Shown here: positions 20,455 to 30,633 of the stretch, one piece after another | Layout: every line of letters starts with the position of its first letter | Numbering within the stretch: the first letter of the stretch is position 1 | The notes under the pieces: model-generated | Told to the model about the DNA's origin: nothing | Database searches by the model: none | The model's input: the letters and a program-made list of their open reading frames with translations, nothing else | From: an uncultured Chloroflexia bacterium | Lineage (GTDB): Bacteria; Chloroflexota; Dehalococcoidia; DSTF01; JALHUB01 | Direction: 5' to 3' | Assembly (NCBI GenBank): GCA_963835655.1 | Contig: CAWIGJ010000003.1 | Span: 1,314,281 to 1,378,280 of the forward strand | Length of the DNA: 64,000 nt | Program-made: the position numbers and the translations under genes

Positions 20455-21140
20455 TGGGGGGAAGGGCTCGTAGGCTCGGCCTGACGTTCGTGTTCGCGAC
20501 CGCGCTCCTTTGGTCGCCTGTCCTCAAAGGGGTGAACTCGATCACGACGGCAACTGATCGTACATCCGCGCCCCCAGCCCAATCCACGATTGTGCCGACT
20601 CCCACTCCCTACGTTTGGCCGTTCACTTATACAGTCAGCGGACCCGCGACCGCTTATGCCGGCGACCAAGTCACGTACCGCGTCCAGTACCGCCGGAACA
20701 GTTCCACAGCTCCAGATTCCGCTGGATTTGTGTTCAATTGGGAGCCGGCCGCGGCCCTATTTGTGGCCGCGACGACTGTTAGCGGCACGCAGGCGAGTTT
20801 AGCGGAAGTGGAGGCTTCCGATGCCTTCGTGGAAGTGCCAACCACGGAGGGGCAGGGTGAGGTTGACATCACCCTAGAGATAAAGCCGAATTTCGCAGGA
20901 ACGTTGACCGTAGGAATCGATGTTCGGGGGACAGGGATCACTATGCCCGCGGACTCGGTCGATGTGGCCAGGACAGCGGTTTCGGCTCCGTCTCCGAGGA
21001 CCTCGCCTCCTAACACGGGCACCGACCAGGCGTCGGGATGGGCTTCAGCGTGGATCGTGAGAGCTTTGGCGGCCGGAGGGTTGGCTCTCCTAGCAGCCGG
21101 CTCAATCGGCGTTCGCAAGATCCTGAAAGGGCGGCGCTGA
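20451..21140 (+). CDS. Exported Ig-like protein with an LPxTG-like sorting signal
   Basis: ATGA overlap with the upstream gene; signal peptide; PPNTG, hydrophobic helix and RKILKGRR tail. Confidence 0.7.
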   Translation: MMGGRARRLGLTFVFATALLWSPVLKGVNSITTATDRTSAPPAQSTIVPTPTPYVWPFTYTVSGPATAYAGDQVTYRVQYRRNSSTAPDSAGFVFNWEPAAALFVAATTVSGTQASLAEVEASDAFVEVPTTEGQGEVDITLEIKPNFAGTLTVGIDVRGTGITMPADSVDVARTAVSAPSPRTSPPNTGTDQASGWASAWIVRALAAGGLALLAAGSIGVRKILKGRR

Positions 21141-21158
21141 ACATCACTGTGTGAAGAC

Positions 21159-21187
21159 TTCGGGGCGGGTACCACACCCGCCCCGAA
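21159..21187. terminator. Intrinsic terminator-like hairpin
   Basis: TTCGGGGCGGGT-ACCAC-ACCCGCCCCGAA. Confidence 0.65.
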
Positions 21188-21318
21188 ATGTGTGGTCAGG
21201 GACTCATCTCAGGTAAATTAGTAAGAGATAGCTCATTCCGCGCTAGCTGACCGACGGCGATTGTCTAACCACTTGAGGGCAATGCGGCCATCTACGGCTC
21301 GGGTATTTGCAACTGGCC

Positions 21319-21344
21319 AAAAGGCCGGGCTCTGACTCCCGGCC
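21319..21344 (-). terminator. Terminator after rplT
   Basis: Minus strand GGCCGGG-AGTCAGAG-CCCGGCC-TTTT. Confidence 0.65.
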
Positions 21345-21365
21345 GCCGTGGTTCTGAGTGGCGGG

Positions 21366-21731
21366 TTATGAAGAGGGGGAGAGAGCGTCGCGAGCGGTTC
21401 CTACGAGCGAGGCGAACGTCGCGCTGTCGCGCACGGCCAGATCGGAGAGCATCTTGCGATCGACTTCCACGCCGGCCTTCGTCAGTCCCTCGATGAAGCG
21501 GCCGTAGGTCATCCCCTCGGCGCGCGCGGCGGCATTGATGCGCTGGATCCACAGCCGGCGGAACTGCCCCTTGCGGTCGCGACGGTCGCGATAGGAGTAA
21601 TCCAAGGAATGGAGGACGGACTCGTTGGCGCGACGGAACAGGCGGTGGCGGACACCGCGGTGCCCCTGCGCCATGTTCAGTATCTTCTTGTGCCGGTGGT
21701 GAGCGGTAACGCCGCGTTTGACTCTAGTCAC
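21366..21731 (-). CDS. rplT: 50S ribosomal protein L20
   Basis: RVKRGV...[22 protein letters not shown]. Confidence 0.98.
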   Translation of the reverse strand: MTRVKRGVTAHHRHKKILNMAQGHRGVRHRLFRRANESVLHSLDYSYRDRRDRKGQFRRLWIQRINAAARAEGMTYGRFIEGLTKAGVEVDRKMLSDLAVRDSATFASLVGTARDALSPSS

Positions 21732-21744
21732 AGACGTGTCCTAT

Positions 21745-21948
21745 CTATCGCAAGCCGTAAGGCAGAAGCTTGCGCAACGCCTTGGAAGCCGCGCTGCTGA
21801 CTTCGATCTTCCCGCTCAGATCGCCCTTCGCACGAGTGGCCTTATTGCGTCGCAGGTGGCTGATGTTCCCCTTGCGGCGCATCACCTTCCCCGTGCCGGT
21901 TATGTGAAAGCGTCTCTTCGCGCCCTTGTGCGTTTTCATCTTAGGCAA
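21745..21948 (-). CDS. rpmI: 50S ribosomal protein L35
   Basis: MPKMKTHKGAKRRFHITGTGK. Confidence 0.98.
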   Translation of the reverse strand: MPKMKTHKGAKRRFHITGTGKVMRRKGNISHLRRNKATRAKGDLSGKIEVSSAASKALRKLLPYGLR

Positions 21949-21949
21949 T

Positions 21950-22519
21950 TCACTGCTCCGTTGCCGTCTGGGCCGGCGGCGCGCCGTCGTTGTGGACTTT
22001 CGGCGGTTTGACCGCGACCGGCGCCAGGATCATCGTCATGAAACGCCCTTCAAGCGAGGCCGGCTTCTCGAGGGCGGCTATCGGCTTAACCTTTTCGTAT
22101 ATTTCGTCTAGCAGGTTTCTTCCCAGTTCCGGGTAGGTCACCTCCCGGCCACGGAACATGACCGAGACCTTCACCTTGTCGCCCTCGCGCAGCAGCTTCT
22201 CGGTCACACGCGCCTTCAGTTCCATGTCGTGGGGCGTGATCTTCGGCCGGAAGCGCACCTGACGGGTAACGACCTGCCGCTGGTGCTTGCGCGCCTCGCG
22301 CTCTCTGCGGGCCTGCTCGTACTTGAACTTGCCGTAGTCGAGGACGCGACAGACCGGAGGCCGCACGTTCGGCGCGACCTCCACGAGGTCAGAGTCCTGC
22401 TCGCGGGCGATCTCGAGCGCACGGGCCACAGGCATAACGCCCAGTCTTTCGCCGTTCACTCCGATCACGAGAACTTCTGGGACCCGTATGGCCTCATTAA
22501 TACGGAGTTCGCGAACTAT
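21950..22519 (-). CDS. infC: Translation initiation factor IF-3, non-canonical ATA start
   Basis: Frame extends upstream of the tracked ORF as ATA-VRELRINEAIRVPEVLVI, with a GAGGT SD; LVEVAP..PPVCR.LDYGKFKYE. Confidence 0.95.
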   Translation of the reverse strand: MVRELRINEAIRVPEVLVIGVNGERLGVMPVARALEIAREQDSDLVEVAPNVRPPVCRVLDYGKFKYEQARREREARKHQRQVVTRQVRFRPKITPHDMELKARVTEKLLREGDKVKVSVMFRGREVTYPELGRNLLDEIYEKVKPIAALEKPASLEGRFMTMILAPVAVKPPKVHNDGAPPAQTATEQ

Positions 22520-22678
22520 GCCTGTAACCTCGTCAGTGTTTTCGTCAGCAACATACCTTCGACTAAGACAAAACTATAGCACGCGCCATGAAGGCAGTCA
22601 ACGGGTCGAGGGTGCAGCGTAGGTTCAATCCGGCCCTACGGTGCTATAATATGGCTCCGTTCAGAAATGGGGTGCGCA

Positions 22679-23692
22679 ATGACCGATAAGCAGTCTTCTC
22701 CGCGTCCAGCTCCGAACCCCGTCGCTCGGGCGCTTGCCGGCTGGCAACCGGCGCGAGTGCTGATGACCGCCAACCGCCTCGACGTCTTCAATGCCATCGG
22801 CCGCGAAGCCCTCAGCGCCGACGAAGTAGCGCGGCGCTGCCAGGCGCATCCTCGCTCAATGCGACTGCTGCTCGACGCCTGCGTTGCCCTGAACTTCCTT
22901 GAGCGGCCCGACCAACGTTATCAGAACACGCCTCTCGGCCTGCGCATGCTCGTGAAGGGCGGCGAAGGCTACATCGGCGGCGCCATCAACCACTCCGACG
23001 ACCTTTGGCTCCGCTGGGGCTACCTCGCCCAGAGCGTGAAGGGAAATGCAGCCGCCTCGGTGCCGGAAGGCCCGGTCGACCGGAAGACCGGCTACCGCGA
23101 CTTCATACTGGCGATGCGCGACCGGGCGATGTTCAACGGCGCCATACTGGCAGACGAGCTTGACCTGACGGGACGTCATCAGTTATTCGACTGCGGCGGC
23201 GGTCCGGCGACCTATTCAATATTCGTCGTCAAGAAAAACCCGGAGCTACACGCTATCGTCTTTGACCTACCGCCAGCGATTGACATCGCGAAAAAGCAGA
23301 TCGCCGAGGCGGGCCTCTCCGACCGCATAACCACGCGCGCGGGCGACTACTTCGTCGATGACTTCGGCGAAGGGAACGACGTAGTGCTCCTGTCAGCCAT
23401 CGTTCATTCGATGGGGCCGGAACGCAACAAGCTGCTCCTGCGCAAGGCATGGGCCTCGCTGGTAAGCGGCGGCATCGTCGTCGTGCACGAGTCCCTGGTG
23501 GACGACAGTGGAACGGCGCCGGTCGGAGCCGTGCTCTTCTCGCTGAACATGCTCGTCAACACCGGCGAAGGGCAATCTTACAGCGGCCGCGAGATCATGT
23601 CGTGGCTGCAGGACACCGGTTTCGCGTCGCCTCACGTGCAGGACCTCTCGCCACCGGCCGGCACCTCCCTCGTCATCGGTACAAAGCACTAG
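22679..23692 (+). CDS. SAM-dependent O-methyltransferase with dimerisation domain
   Basis: wHTH-like N-terminus, LFDCGGGPA, FDLP, AGDYF, SLNMLVNTGEGQSYS. Confidence 0.9.
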   Translation: MTDKQSSPRPAPNPVARALAGWQPARVLMTANRLDVFNAIGREALSADEVARRCQAHPRSMRLLLDACVALNFLERPDQRYQNTPLGLRMLVKGGEGYIGGAINHSDDLWLRWGYLAQSVKGNAAASVPEGPVDRKTGYRDFILAMRDRAMFNGAILADELDLTGRHQLFDCGGGPATYSIFVVKKNPELHAIVFDLPPAIDIAKKQIAEAGLSDRITTRAGDYFVDDFGEGNDVVLLSAIVHSMGPERNKLLLRKAWASLVSGGIVVVHESLVDDSGTAPVGAVLFSLNMLVNTGEGQSYSGREIMSWLQDTGFASPHVQDLSPPAGTSLVIGTKH

Positions 23693-23761
23693 GGCCGCCT
23701 GCGTTATCGAAGGCTTCTTGTGTAGAATAGATATGCGAATGAGCACAAGGGGCATTTCAGG

Positions 23762-24136
23762 TTGCACGAGATAACACTGGCGCGCGAGATCGCCGCGAAG
23801 GTGACGCGCGAGGCTGAGAAGGCAAACGCTAAGGGCGTGGTTTCCATAGAACTCGAAGTCGGCGACCTGGCTTTCCTAGACGCCGCAGGCATGGAGATGT
23901 GGATTCGCCAGGCGCTTCGGGACAGCCTGGCCCAAAACACCGCCATCCAGATCGACACCGCGTCGTCGACGCTCACCTGCGCGGCCTGCGGTTTCCACGG
24001 GCCGCCGGAAGTCCCCGAATATCACGACCATCACCTGCCCCTGCCGCCGCTTCCCTGTCCCCGCTGCGGCTCAGACGACACGCGCCTCGACGCCCGGAGC
24101 GACTGCATCTTGAAAAGGATCGAGCTAGAGGTCTGA
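23762..24136 (+). CDS. hypA: Hydrogenase nickel chaperone HypA
   Basis: MHE N-terminus and two CxxC motifs (CAAC, CPRC). Confidence 0.93.
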   Translation: MHEITLAREIAAKVTREAEKANAKGVVSIELEVGDLAFLDAAGMEMWIRQALRDSLAQNTAIQIDTASSTLTCAACGFHGPPEVPEYHDHHLPLPPLPCPRCGSDDTRLDARSDCILKRIELEV

Positions 24137-26394
24137 TGCAACGCTTGAGAATCGCGATTCGCGGCGCCGTCCAGGGTGTCGGCTTCCGTCCCTTCGTCTA
24201 CCGGCTCGCGACAGAGATGTCGCTCTCGGGCTGGGTGAACAACAGCCCCCAGGGCGTCTTCATCGAGGTGGAAAGCGCGAAGGAGACGCTCGATGACTTC
24301 CTGCTGCGACTCGACCGAGAGAAGCCGCCCCTTTCATTCATCCAGAGCCTGGAATACTCACTGCTGGAGCCCGTGGGTTTCGAAGGCTTCGAGATCCGTC
24401 GCAGTGACGACGGCGGCGAGCGCTGCGCCGTTATCCTGCCTGACATCGCCACTTGCCCGCAGTGCCAGGCCGAGCTAATCGACCCGCGCGACCGTCGCCA
24501 CCGCTACCCCTTCACAAACTGCACTCTTTGCGGCCCGCGCTTCAGCATCATCCGCGCGCTACCGTACGACCGCGCCAACACGACGATGCAGAAATTCACT
24601 ATGTGCCCGCGCTGTCATCGAGAGTACGAGGACCCGAACGACCGCCGCTTTCACGCTCAGCCCGATGCTTGCGCCGTCTGCGGTCCGCGCCTCAGCCTGT
24701 GGGACGAACGCGGCAAAACGCTGGCGACCGACGACGACGCCCTCCGGCTGACAGCCGCATCCCTCAGACGCGGAGAGATCGTCGCACTGAAGGGGCTCGG
24801 CGGCTTCCAGTTAATGGTCGACGCCCGCAACGACGCCGCCGTTCGCCGGCTGCGCGAGCGGAAGCGTCGCGAGGAGAAGCCACTGGCCGTAATGTTCCCG
24901 GACCTCGATTCGCTGAAGCGCTACGCCTGCGTCTCCCCGATGGAGGAGCGACTGCTGACGTCGCCTGAGAGCCCAATCGTCCTCCTCGAACGCCGGCCTA
25001 AGAGCGATCTGGCGCTTACGGTCGCCCCGGATAACCCGTACATCGGCTCGATGCTGCCCTATACCCCGCTGCACCACCTGTTGATGCGCGAAGCGGCCTT
25101 CCCCGTTATCGCGACAAGCGGCAACCTGCACGACGAGCCGATTGTGACCGATGAGACAGAGGCCGCCGAAGCCCTTGCCGGCATCGCCGACCGCTTTCTC
25201 GTCCACGACCGGCCGATCGAGCGCCACGTCGACGACTCAGTTGCCCGCGTTCAACTGGGTCGCGAGATGGTGATGCGACGCGCCCGTGGCTACGCGCCCC
25301 TCCCAATCGTCGTCAGGCGAAGGCTGCCGCCGCTTCTGGCGGTGGGCCCGCATCTGAAGAACACCGTCGCCGTGTCGAAGGGCAACGAAGTCATCCTGAG
25401 CCAACACATCGGCGACTTAGAGACGGCCAAGGCGCTGTTCGCCTTCCGGAAGGTCATCGCTGACCTGCTGTCGCTCTACGAAGTCGAGCCGGTTGCCGTC
25501 GCCCACGACACTCACCCAGACTACCTCTCGACGCAATGGGCGAAGAGCGCGCCCTATCCGGCCATCGCCGTCCAGCACCATCACGCCCACCTGGCGGCCT
25601 GCCTGGCAGAGAACGACCTCGAAGGCGAAGTGCTGGGCGTCACCTGGGACGGTGTCGGCCTCGGCGATGACGGCAATCTCTGGGGCGGCGAGTTTCTGCT
25701 CGGCGATGCCCGCGGCTACCGGCGAGTTGCCCACATTCGCCCCTTCCGTCTGCCCGGCGGCGAGGCGGCGATTAAGGAGCCGCGGCGGACGGCGCTAGGG
25801 CTGCTACATGAGATTGGCCTGAGCTCCGACCTCATTCCGCCCGGTGACCAGCCTCTTTCGGACAAAGACATGGCGCTCCTGTCGCAAATGCTGGCGAAGG
25901 GCGTCAATTCGCCCATCACAACCAGCGCTGGTAGACTATTCGATGGAGTCGCCGCGCTTCTCGGCATCCGCTCCGTCTGCTCGTTCGAGGGGCAGGCAGC
26001 GATGATGGTCGAGTTTCGCGCCGAACGTGGCGTCGACGACCGCTACGACTTCGCGCTGAGGGACGGTGAGCCCCTGATTCTGGACTGGGAGCCGCTTTTC
26101 CGCGAAGTCCTGCGCGACCGCGATGCAGGCGTCCCGCAGGGTGTTATCTGCGCGCGGTTCCACAACACGCTCGCAGAGGCGATCGTCGACGTAGCGAAGC
26201 GCACAGGCGAGTTACGGGTCGCATTAACGGGCGGCGTTTTTCAGAACCGGTATCTAACGGAGCGCGCCTTCCGCCGTCTGGAGGCTGAGGGCTTCCGGCC
26301 GTTTACCCACCAGCGGGTGCCTCCCAACGACGGCGGTGTTGCCCTCGGACAGGTGCTGGTAGCGGCAGCAAGGATAGACAAGGGATGTGCTTAG
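24136..26394 (+). CDS. hypF: Carbamoyltransferase HypF
   Basis: GAVQGVGFRPFVY acylphosphatase domain, CxxC zinc fingers, QHHHAH, PPNDGG. Start at ATG 24136 overlapping the hypA stop. Confidence 0.96.
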   Translation: MQRLRIAIRGAVQGVGFRPFVYRLATEMSLSGWVNNSPQGVFIEVESAKETLDDFLLRLDREKPPLSFIQSLEYSLLEPVGFEGFEIRRSDDGGERCAVILPDIATCPQCQAELIDPRDRRHRYPFTNCTLCGPRFSIIRALPYDRANTTMQKFTMCPRCHREYEDPNDRRFHAQPDACAVCGPRLSLWDERGKTLATDDDALRLTAASLRRGEIVALKGLGGFQLMVDARNDAAVRRLRERKRREEKPLAVMFPDLDSLKRYACVSPMEERLLTSPESPIVLLERRPKSDLALTVAPDNPYIGSMLPYTPLHHLLMREAAFPVIATSGNLHDEPIVTDETEAAEALAGIADRFLVHDRPIERHVDDSVARVQLGREMVMRRARGYAPLPIVVRRRLPPLLAVGPHLKNTVAVSKGNEVILSQHIGDLETAKALFAFRKVIADLLSLYEVEPVAVAHDTHPDYLSTQWAKSAPYPAIAVQHHHAHLAACLAENDLEGEVLGVTWDGVGLGDDGNLWGGEFLLGDARGYRRVAHIRPFRLPGGEAAIKEPRRTALGLLHEIGLSSDLIPPGDQPLSDKDMALLSQMLAKGVNSPITTSAGRLFDGVAALLGIRSVCSFEGQAAMMVEFRAERGVDDRYDFALRDGEPLILDWEPLFREVLRDRDAGVPQGVICARFHNTLAEAIVDVAKRTGELRVALTGGVFQNRYLTERAFRRLEAEGFRPFTHQRVPPNDGGVALGQVLVAAARIDKGCA

Positions 26395-26612
26395 GAATAC
26401 CAGGCGAAATCGTCTCCGTTGAGGAGAGCGACGGCTCGCGAATGGCGAAGGTGAGCTTCGGAGGCGCCCTCAGCGACGTTTCGCTCGACCTCGTGCCCGA
26501 GGCGCAGGTCGGCGACTACGTGATAGTCCACGTCGGCTTTGCGCTGAGCAAGGTTGATGCGGAAGAGGCGGACAACGTGTTCGATCTGCTGCGGAAGCTC
26601 GGAGGACCGTAG
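26385..26612 (+). CDS. hypC: HypC chaperone
   Basis: MCLGIPG...[12 protein letters not shown]. Confidence 0.96.
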   Translation: MCLGIPGEIVSVEESDGSRMAKVSFGGALSDVSLDLVPEAQVGDYVIVHVGFALSKVDAEEADNVFDLLRKLGGP

Positions 26613-27712
26613 TGCGCTATCTCGACGAATATCGGGACGGCGACGCCTCCCGCAAACTCCTCAACGCCATCGCCGATGTTGTAACGAAGCCGTGGACAAT
26701 TATGGAGGTTTGCGGCAGTCAGACCCACTCTTTCCTCAAGTACGGCATCGACCGTCTGCTGCCGGAGAAGGTCACGCTCATCCATGGGCCCGGCTGCCCT
26801 GTATGTGTGACGCCAGTTGAGAAGATCGATCAGGCCATCGCCCTGGCGTCGCGCCCGGACGTCATCCTCGTCTCCTACGGCGACATGCTGCGCGTGCCCG
26901 GGAGCGCCAAGGACCTCCTCTCCGTGAAGGCGGAAGGCGGCGACGTGCGAATGGTCTACTCGTCGCTGGACGCTCTGCGCCTGGCGCGCGACAACCCCGA
27001 CAAGAAGGTCGTCTTCTTCGCCATCGGCTTCGAAACGACGGCGCCGGCGAACGCCATGGCAGCCGTTATCGCCGAGAGAGACGGACTCGGCAACTTCTTT
27101 ATGTTAACTTCGCACGTGCTGGTGCCGCCGGCCCTGGAAGCCATCGCTTCGTCGCCGGACAACCGAGTGCAGGGCTTCCTCGCGCCCGGCCACGTATGCA
27201 CCGTCACTGGTTACGTCGACTATGAGCGGTTGGCAACCAGGTACCACATGCCTATCGTCGTGAGCGGCTTCGAACCGGTCGACCTCCTTCAGGCGACTTA
27301 CATGCTCGTCCGCCAGCTCGAAGCGGGACACTGCGAGGTCGAGAACCAGTACAGCCGGTCAGTCAAGCGAGAGGGCAATCCGCACGCACTGGCGATCATG
27401 GAGAGGGTGTTCGAGGTAGTCGACCATGGCTGGCGCGGCATCGGCATCATCCCGGAGAGCGGCCTGAGGCTTAAGGGCGAATACGCTCGCTTCGACGCAG
27501 CCCGCGCCTTCGACCTTCCGGCAGCCGTGGCGCCGTTCGCCGACAGTGTTTGTATCGCCGGCGAAGTCCTCCGCGGCATCCGCAAGCCCATCGACTGTCC
27601 TGCCTTCGGGACCGATTGCACGCCGGAGCACTGCCTGGGAGCGCCGATGGTGTCGTCGGAGGGCGCCTGCGCAGCCTACTATCACTACGCGCGACAGGGG
27701 TCCGCTCGATGA
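26612..27712 (+). CDS. hypD: HypD
   Basis: [34 protein letters not shown]. Confidence 0.97.
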   Translation: MRYLDEYRDGDASRKLLNAIADVVTKPWTIMEVCGSQTHSFLKYGIDRLLPEKVTLIHGPGCPVCVTPVEKIDQAIALASRPDVILVSYGDMLRVPGSAKDLLSVKAEGGDVRMVYSSLDALRLARDNPDKKVVFFAIGFETTAPANAMAAVIAERDGLGNFFMLTSHVLVPPALEAIASSPDNRVQGFLAPGHVCTVTGYVDYERLATRYHMPIVVSGFEPVDLLQATYMLVRQLEAGHCEVENQYSRSVKREGNPHALAIMERVFEVVDHGWRGIGIIPESGLRLKGEYARFDAARAFDLPAAVAPFADSVCIAGEVLRGIRKPIDCPAFGTDCTPEHCLGAPMVSSEGACAAYYHYARQGSAR

Positions 27713-28752
27713 CCATCTTCCCAGAGTGCCCGCTACCGCTCGATGAATATCCTCGCGTCCTGCTTGCCCACGGCGGCGGGGGACGCCTGACTCAGAACCT
27801 GATCGAACGCCTCCTGCTGCCTTCCTTCGACAATCCCTACCTGGCGCCTCTTCACGACGGCGCCCTGCTCGACCTGGATGGCACACGACTCGCCTTTACG
27901 ACCGACTCCTACGTCGTCCAGCCGCCGTTCTTCCCGGGCGGCGACATAGGCCGGCTGGCTGTCTTCGGAACTTCCAACGACCTCGCGATGTGCGGCGCCC
28001 GTCCCCTGTTTCTGAGTTGCGGCCTGATTATCGAAGAGGGCCTGGCGATGGAGCAGTTGTGGCGCGTCGTCGTCTCGATGAAGGAGGCAGCGCACGAGGC
28101 CGGCGTCCAGATAGTCACCGGCGACAGCAAGGTTGTCGAGCGCGGCAAGGGCGACGGCGTGTTCATTAACACTTCGGGCGTCGGCGCCGTCCTGCCGGGA
28201 CTCGAAGTCGGCCCGCAGCGCGTGCAGCCGGGCGACGAGATAGTCCTCAGCGGTTCGCTCGGCCGGCACGGCATCGCTATAATGGCCCTGCGTGAAGGGC
28301 TATCGCTAGAAGCGACCATCGAAAGTGACTCTGCGCCAGTGTTCCCGTTGGTGAAGGCACTGGCCGACGAGGGGCTCGAGATCCACATGCTGCGTGACCC
28401 TACGCGCGGAGGCATCTCGTCGTCGCTGAACGAGATAGCGGGCAAGAGCGGCGCAGGAATCGTCATCAACGAGAGCCGTTTGCCGGTGGACACGGAAGTC
28501 CAGGGCGTCTGCGAGATCCTGGGACTCGACCCGCTCTACGTCGCCAACGAAGGCAACTTCCTGGCGTTCGTGCCGGCGGGACAGGGCGAGAGAGCTGTCG
28601 AAGTCATGCGAAGGCAGCGGCTGGGACGTGAAGCGGCGCTAATCGGTCGCGCGGTAGCTGAGCACGGTGGAATGGTGGTGATGAGGACACGAATCGGGGG
28701 TGAGCGCGTCGTAGATGTCATGAGCGGCGAGCAACTTCCGAGAATATGTTAG
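27709..28752 (+). CDS. hypE: HypE
   Basis: LAHGGGG, TTDSYVV, RDPTRGG, C-terminal LPRIC. Confidence 0.96.
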   Translation: MTIFPECPLPLDEYPRVLLAHGGGGRLTQNLIERLLLPSFDNPYLAPLHDGALLDLDGTRLAFTTDSYVVQPPFFPGGDIGRLAVFGTSNDLAMCGARPLFLSCGLIIEEGLAMEQLWRVVVSMKEAAHEAGVQIVTGDSKVVERGKGDGVFINTSGVGAVLPGLEVGPQRVQPGDEIVLSGSLGRHGIAIMALREGLSLEATIESDSAPVFPLVKALADEGLEIHMLRDPTRGGISSSLNEIAGKSGAGIVINESRLPVDTEVQGVCEILGLDPLYVANEGNFLAFVPAGQGERAVEVMRRQRLGREAALIGRAVAEHGGMVVMRTRIGGERVVDVMSGEQLPRIC

Positions 28753-28764
28753 GAGGACGGCGAG

Positions 28765-29388
28765 GTGTCAGACGAAGACTGGCAAGACATTCCCGAGCTA
28801 CAGCTGCTGCGGTCGCTTCTGTCCTACGCCCCAATAGCCGCTGTCATCATCGTCATCATTGCCGCTGTCGGACTCGACCTGAAGTTCGGCGGGCCGGGCA
28901 AGCCCCAGATCGCCAACAGCGCGCCGCCCGCTGACAGCGTTCGGGCGACAATCGAAGCCCTGCCTACTTCGTCGACTACCGTCACTCCGCAACCGACGGC
29001 TACGGTTCCTGCGGCCGCAGCCACTCCCGCAGGGCCCGATTCGGCAGAGCGCGATCAGACGCGAATCGGCGATCTGATGAAAACCGTCGCCGCGCTTCAA
29101 CAGTATCATCAGCAGAACGGCGAGTATCCGAGCACGGGCGGCAATATCCAGACCCTTTGCACCTATCAGGACATCGACGCAGGCTGCAAACTCAAGGACT
29201 TCCTCAATCCGATCCCTCAGGACCCGCTGGGAAGCTCCGTCATTAACGGCTACTGGTACGTCTCGGATGGGCAGACTTACACGTTGATGGCAGGTTTGGA
29301 ATCGCCGGCCGCTTCGCCTTCCAAGTGCGACGCGAGCTGGCTCAAGCACACGAACAAGCCGAATCTGATCTGCGTAACGGGCCCCTGA
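28765..29388 (+). CDS. Membrane-anchored GspG/pseudopilin-like protein
   Basis: Reads on the + strand (GTG 28765, TGA 29386-29388) even though the ORF track labels it '-'. AGGAGG SD; TM helix; Pro/Thr/Ala linker; RDQTRIGDL...ALQQYHQQNGEYP...IPQDP...YWYVSDGQTYTLMAGLE. Confidence 0.72.
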   Translation: MSDEDWQDIPELQLLRSLLSYAPIAAVIIVIIAAVGLDLKFGGPGKPQIANSAPPADSVRATIEALPTSSTTVTPQPTATVPAAAATPAGPDSAERDQTRIGDLMKTVAALQQYHQQNGEYPSTGGNIQTLCTYQDIDAGCKLKDFLNPIPQDPLGSSVINGYWYVSDGQTYTLMAGLESPAASPSKCDASWLKHTNKPNLICVTGP

Positions 29389-29400
29389 ATCGAGTTCCGG

Positions 29401-30633
29401 TCAGGTCGAGAGGATGTGTACGGCAGCGACGGCATTTTCGGCCCGTATCATGCCACCCGCGTTCTCGGTGAGGCCCACCTTCGCATCGTTCACCTGGCGC
29501 TCGCCCGCCTCGCCACGTAACTGGACGAAGACCTCGTAGATTTGTGCTACGCCTGTCGCGCCTATCGGATGCCCTTTCGCGATCAAGCCGCCGCTGGTGT
29601 TAACCGGCAGCTTTCCGCCCAAGGAGGGAGCGCCGCTCTCGATGAACCTGCCGCCCTCGCCCTGCCGGCAAAAGCCCATCTCTTCGTACAGCACGAGTTC
29701 TGCCGGGGCAGTAGCATCGTGCAATTCTGCAAGATCAATGTCGCTAGGACCAAGGCCTGCCATTTCGTAGGCGGCAGCCGCTATGCGATCACCGATGCCC
29801 GGCTCGTCGGGGCTGTGATCCTTCCCCGTCGTTAGAACACTGGCTCGCACCCAGATCGGCTTCGTCGTCGACTGCCGCGCCTTCTCCTCCGAACAAAGGA
29901 TGGCAGCCGCCGCGCCGTCACCAATCGGCGAGCACATTAGACGCGTCAACGGCTCCGCTACCGGTGGCGAGGCAAGTATCTCATCCAGCGTGTAGCGTTC
30001 GCGATACTGGGCATGTGGGTTCAGACTGCCGTTGAAGTGGTTCTTCTCGGCCACGCGAGCGTACTGTTCCTTGGTCGTCCCATAGCGGCGCATGTGGTCC
30101 CGTGCTAGCGAGGCGTAGAGGTCCATGAACAGACTGCGCGACTCGCCGGCGCCTTCCGTTCCGCTCTTCTTGTCGCCGCTCTCCTGCTGACGGTTGGCAG
30201 CAGCCGCCGCCAGGATTTTCTGCATGATCTCGACGTCAACCGCGGCGCCGATGGCGGCAAAAGAGCGTTTCTTGTCCTCGTGGTAGAGTTTCTCAACTCC
30301 CAACGCAAGGGCAATGTCGTACATTCCCGAGGCAACGTAGAGCCAGGCGAGATGAAACGCCGTTGAAGAGCTGGCACACGCGTTTTCACAGTTGATCATG
30401 GGAATCCCTCCCAAGCCCATTTCACGCAAAATCACCTGCGCCCGCACCATTTCCTGGCCTGTCACGAGGCCAGCGGCCGCATTTCCAACGATGGCAACCT
30501 GAGGAACTGCCTTGTCTATGGCCGCCGATGCCAGTGCCGCCTCAACCGCTTCTCGCCCCAGGTCCTTTAGCCCACGGTCCAGATACTTGCCAAAACGCGT
30601 CATTCCTGCGCCAATAACGGCAACGTTTCTCAT
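29401..30633 (-). CDS. Thiolase, SCP2/SCP-x-like type
   Basis: MRNVAVIGAGMTRFGK, ENACASS, CSPIGDGAAA, ELHDA, GHPIGATG. Confidence 0.93.
   Translation of the reverse strand: MRNVAVIGAGMTRFGKYLDRGLKDLGREAVEAALASAAIDKAVPQVAIVGNAAAGLVTGQEMVRAQVILREMGLGGIPMINCENACASSSTAFHLAWLYVASGMYDIALALGVEKLYHEDKKRSFAAIGAAVDVEIMQKILAAAAANRQQESGDKKSGTEGAGESRSLFMDLYASLARDHMRRYGTTKEQYARVAEKNHFNGSLNPHAQYRERYTLDEILASPPVAEPLTRLMCSPIGDGAAAAILCSEEKARQSTTKPIWVRASVLTTGKDHSPDEPGIGDRIAAAAYEMAGLGPSDIDLAELHDATAPAELVLYEEMGFCRQGEGGRFIESGAPSLGGKLPVNTSGGLIAKGHPIGATGVAQIYEVFVQLRGEAGERQVNDAKVGLTENAGGMIRAENAVAAVHILST

Noticed and set aside
23899-24135. N-terminal extensions in tracked ORFs (hypF, hypE, thiolase, gdhA, CoA-transferase, M20 hydrolase, protease, lipoprotein, arsM)
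   Set aside because: They overlap neighbouring genes or promoters; family motifs and SD sites place the starts downstream.
28765-29388. The ORF track lists this ORF on the minus strand
   Set aside because: The listed protein reads directly on the + strand (GTG TCA GAC GAA...TGA), so I annotated it as +.
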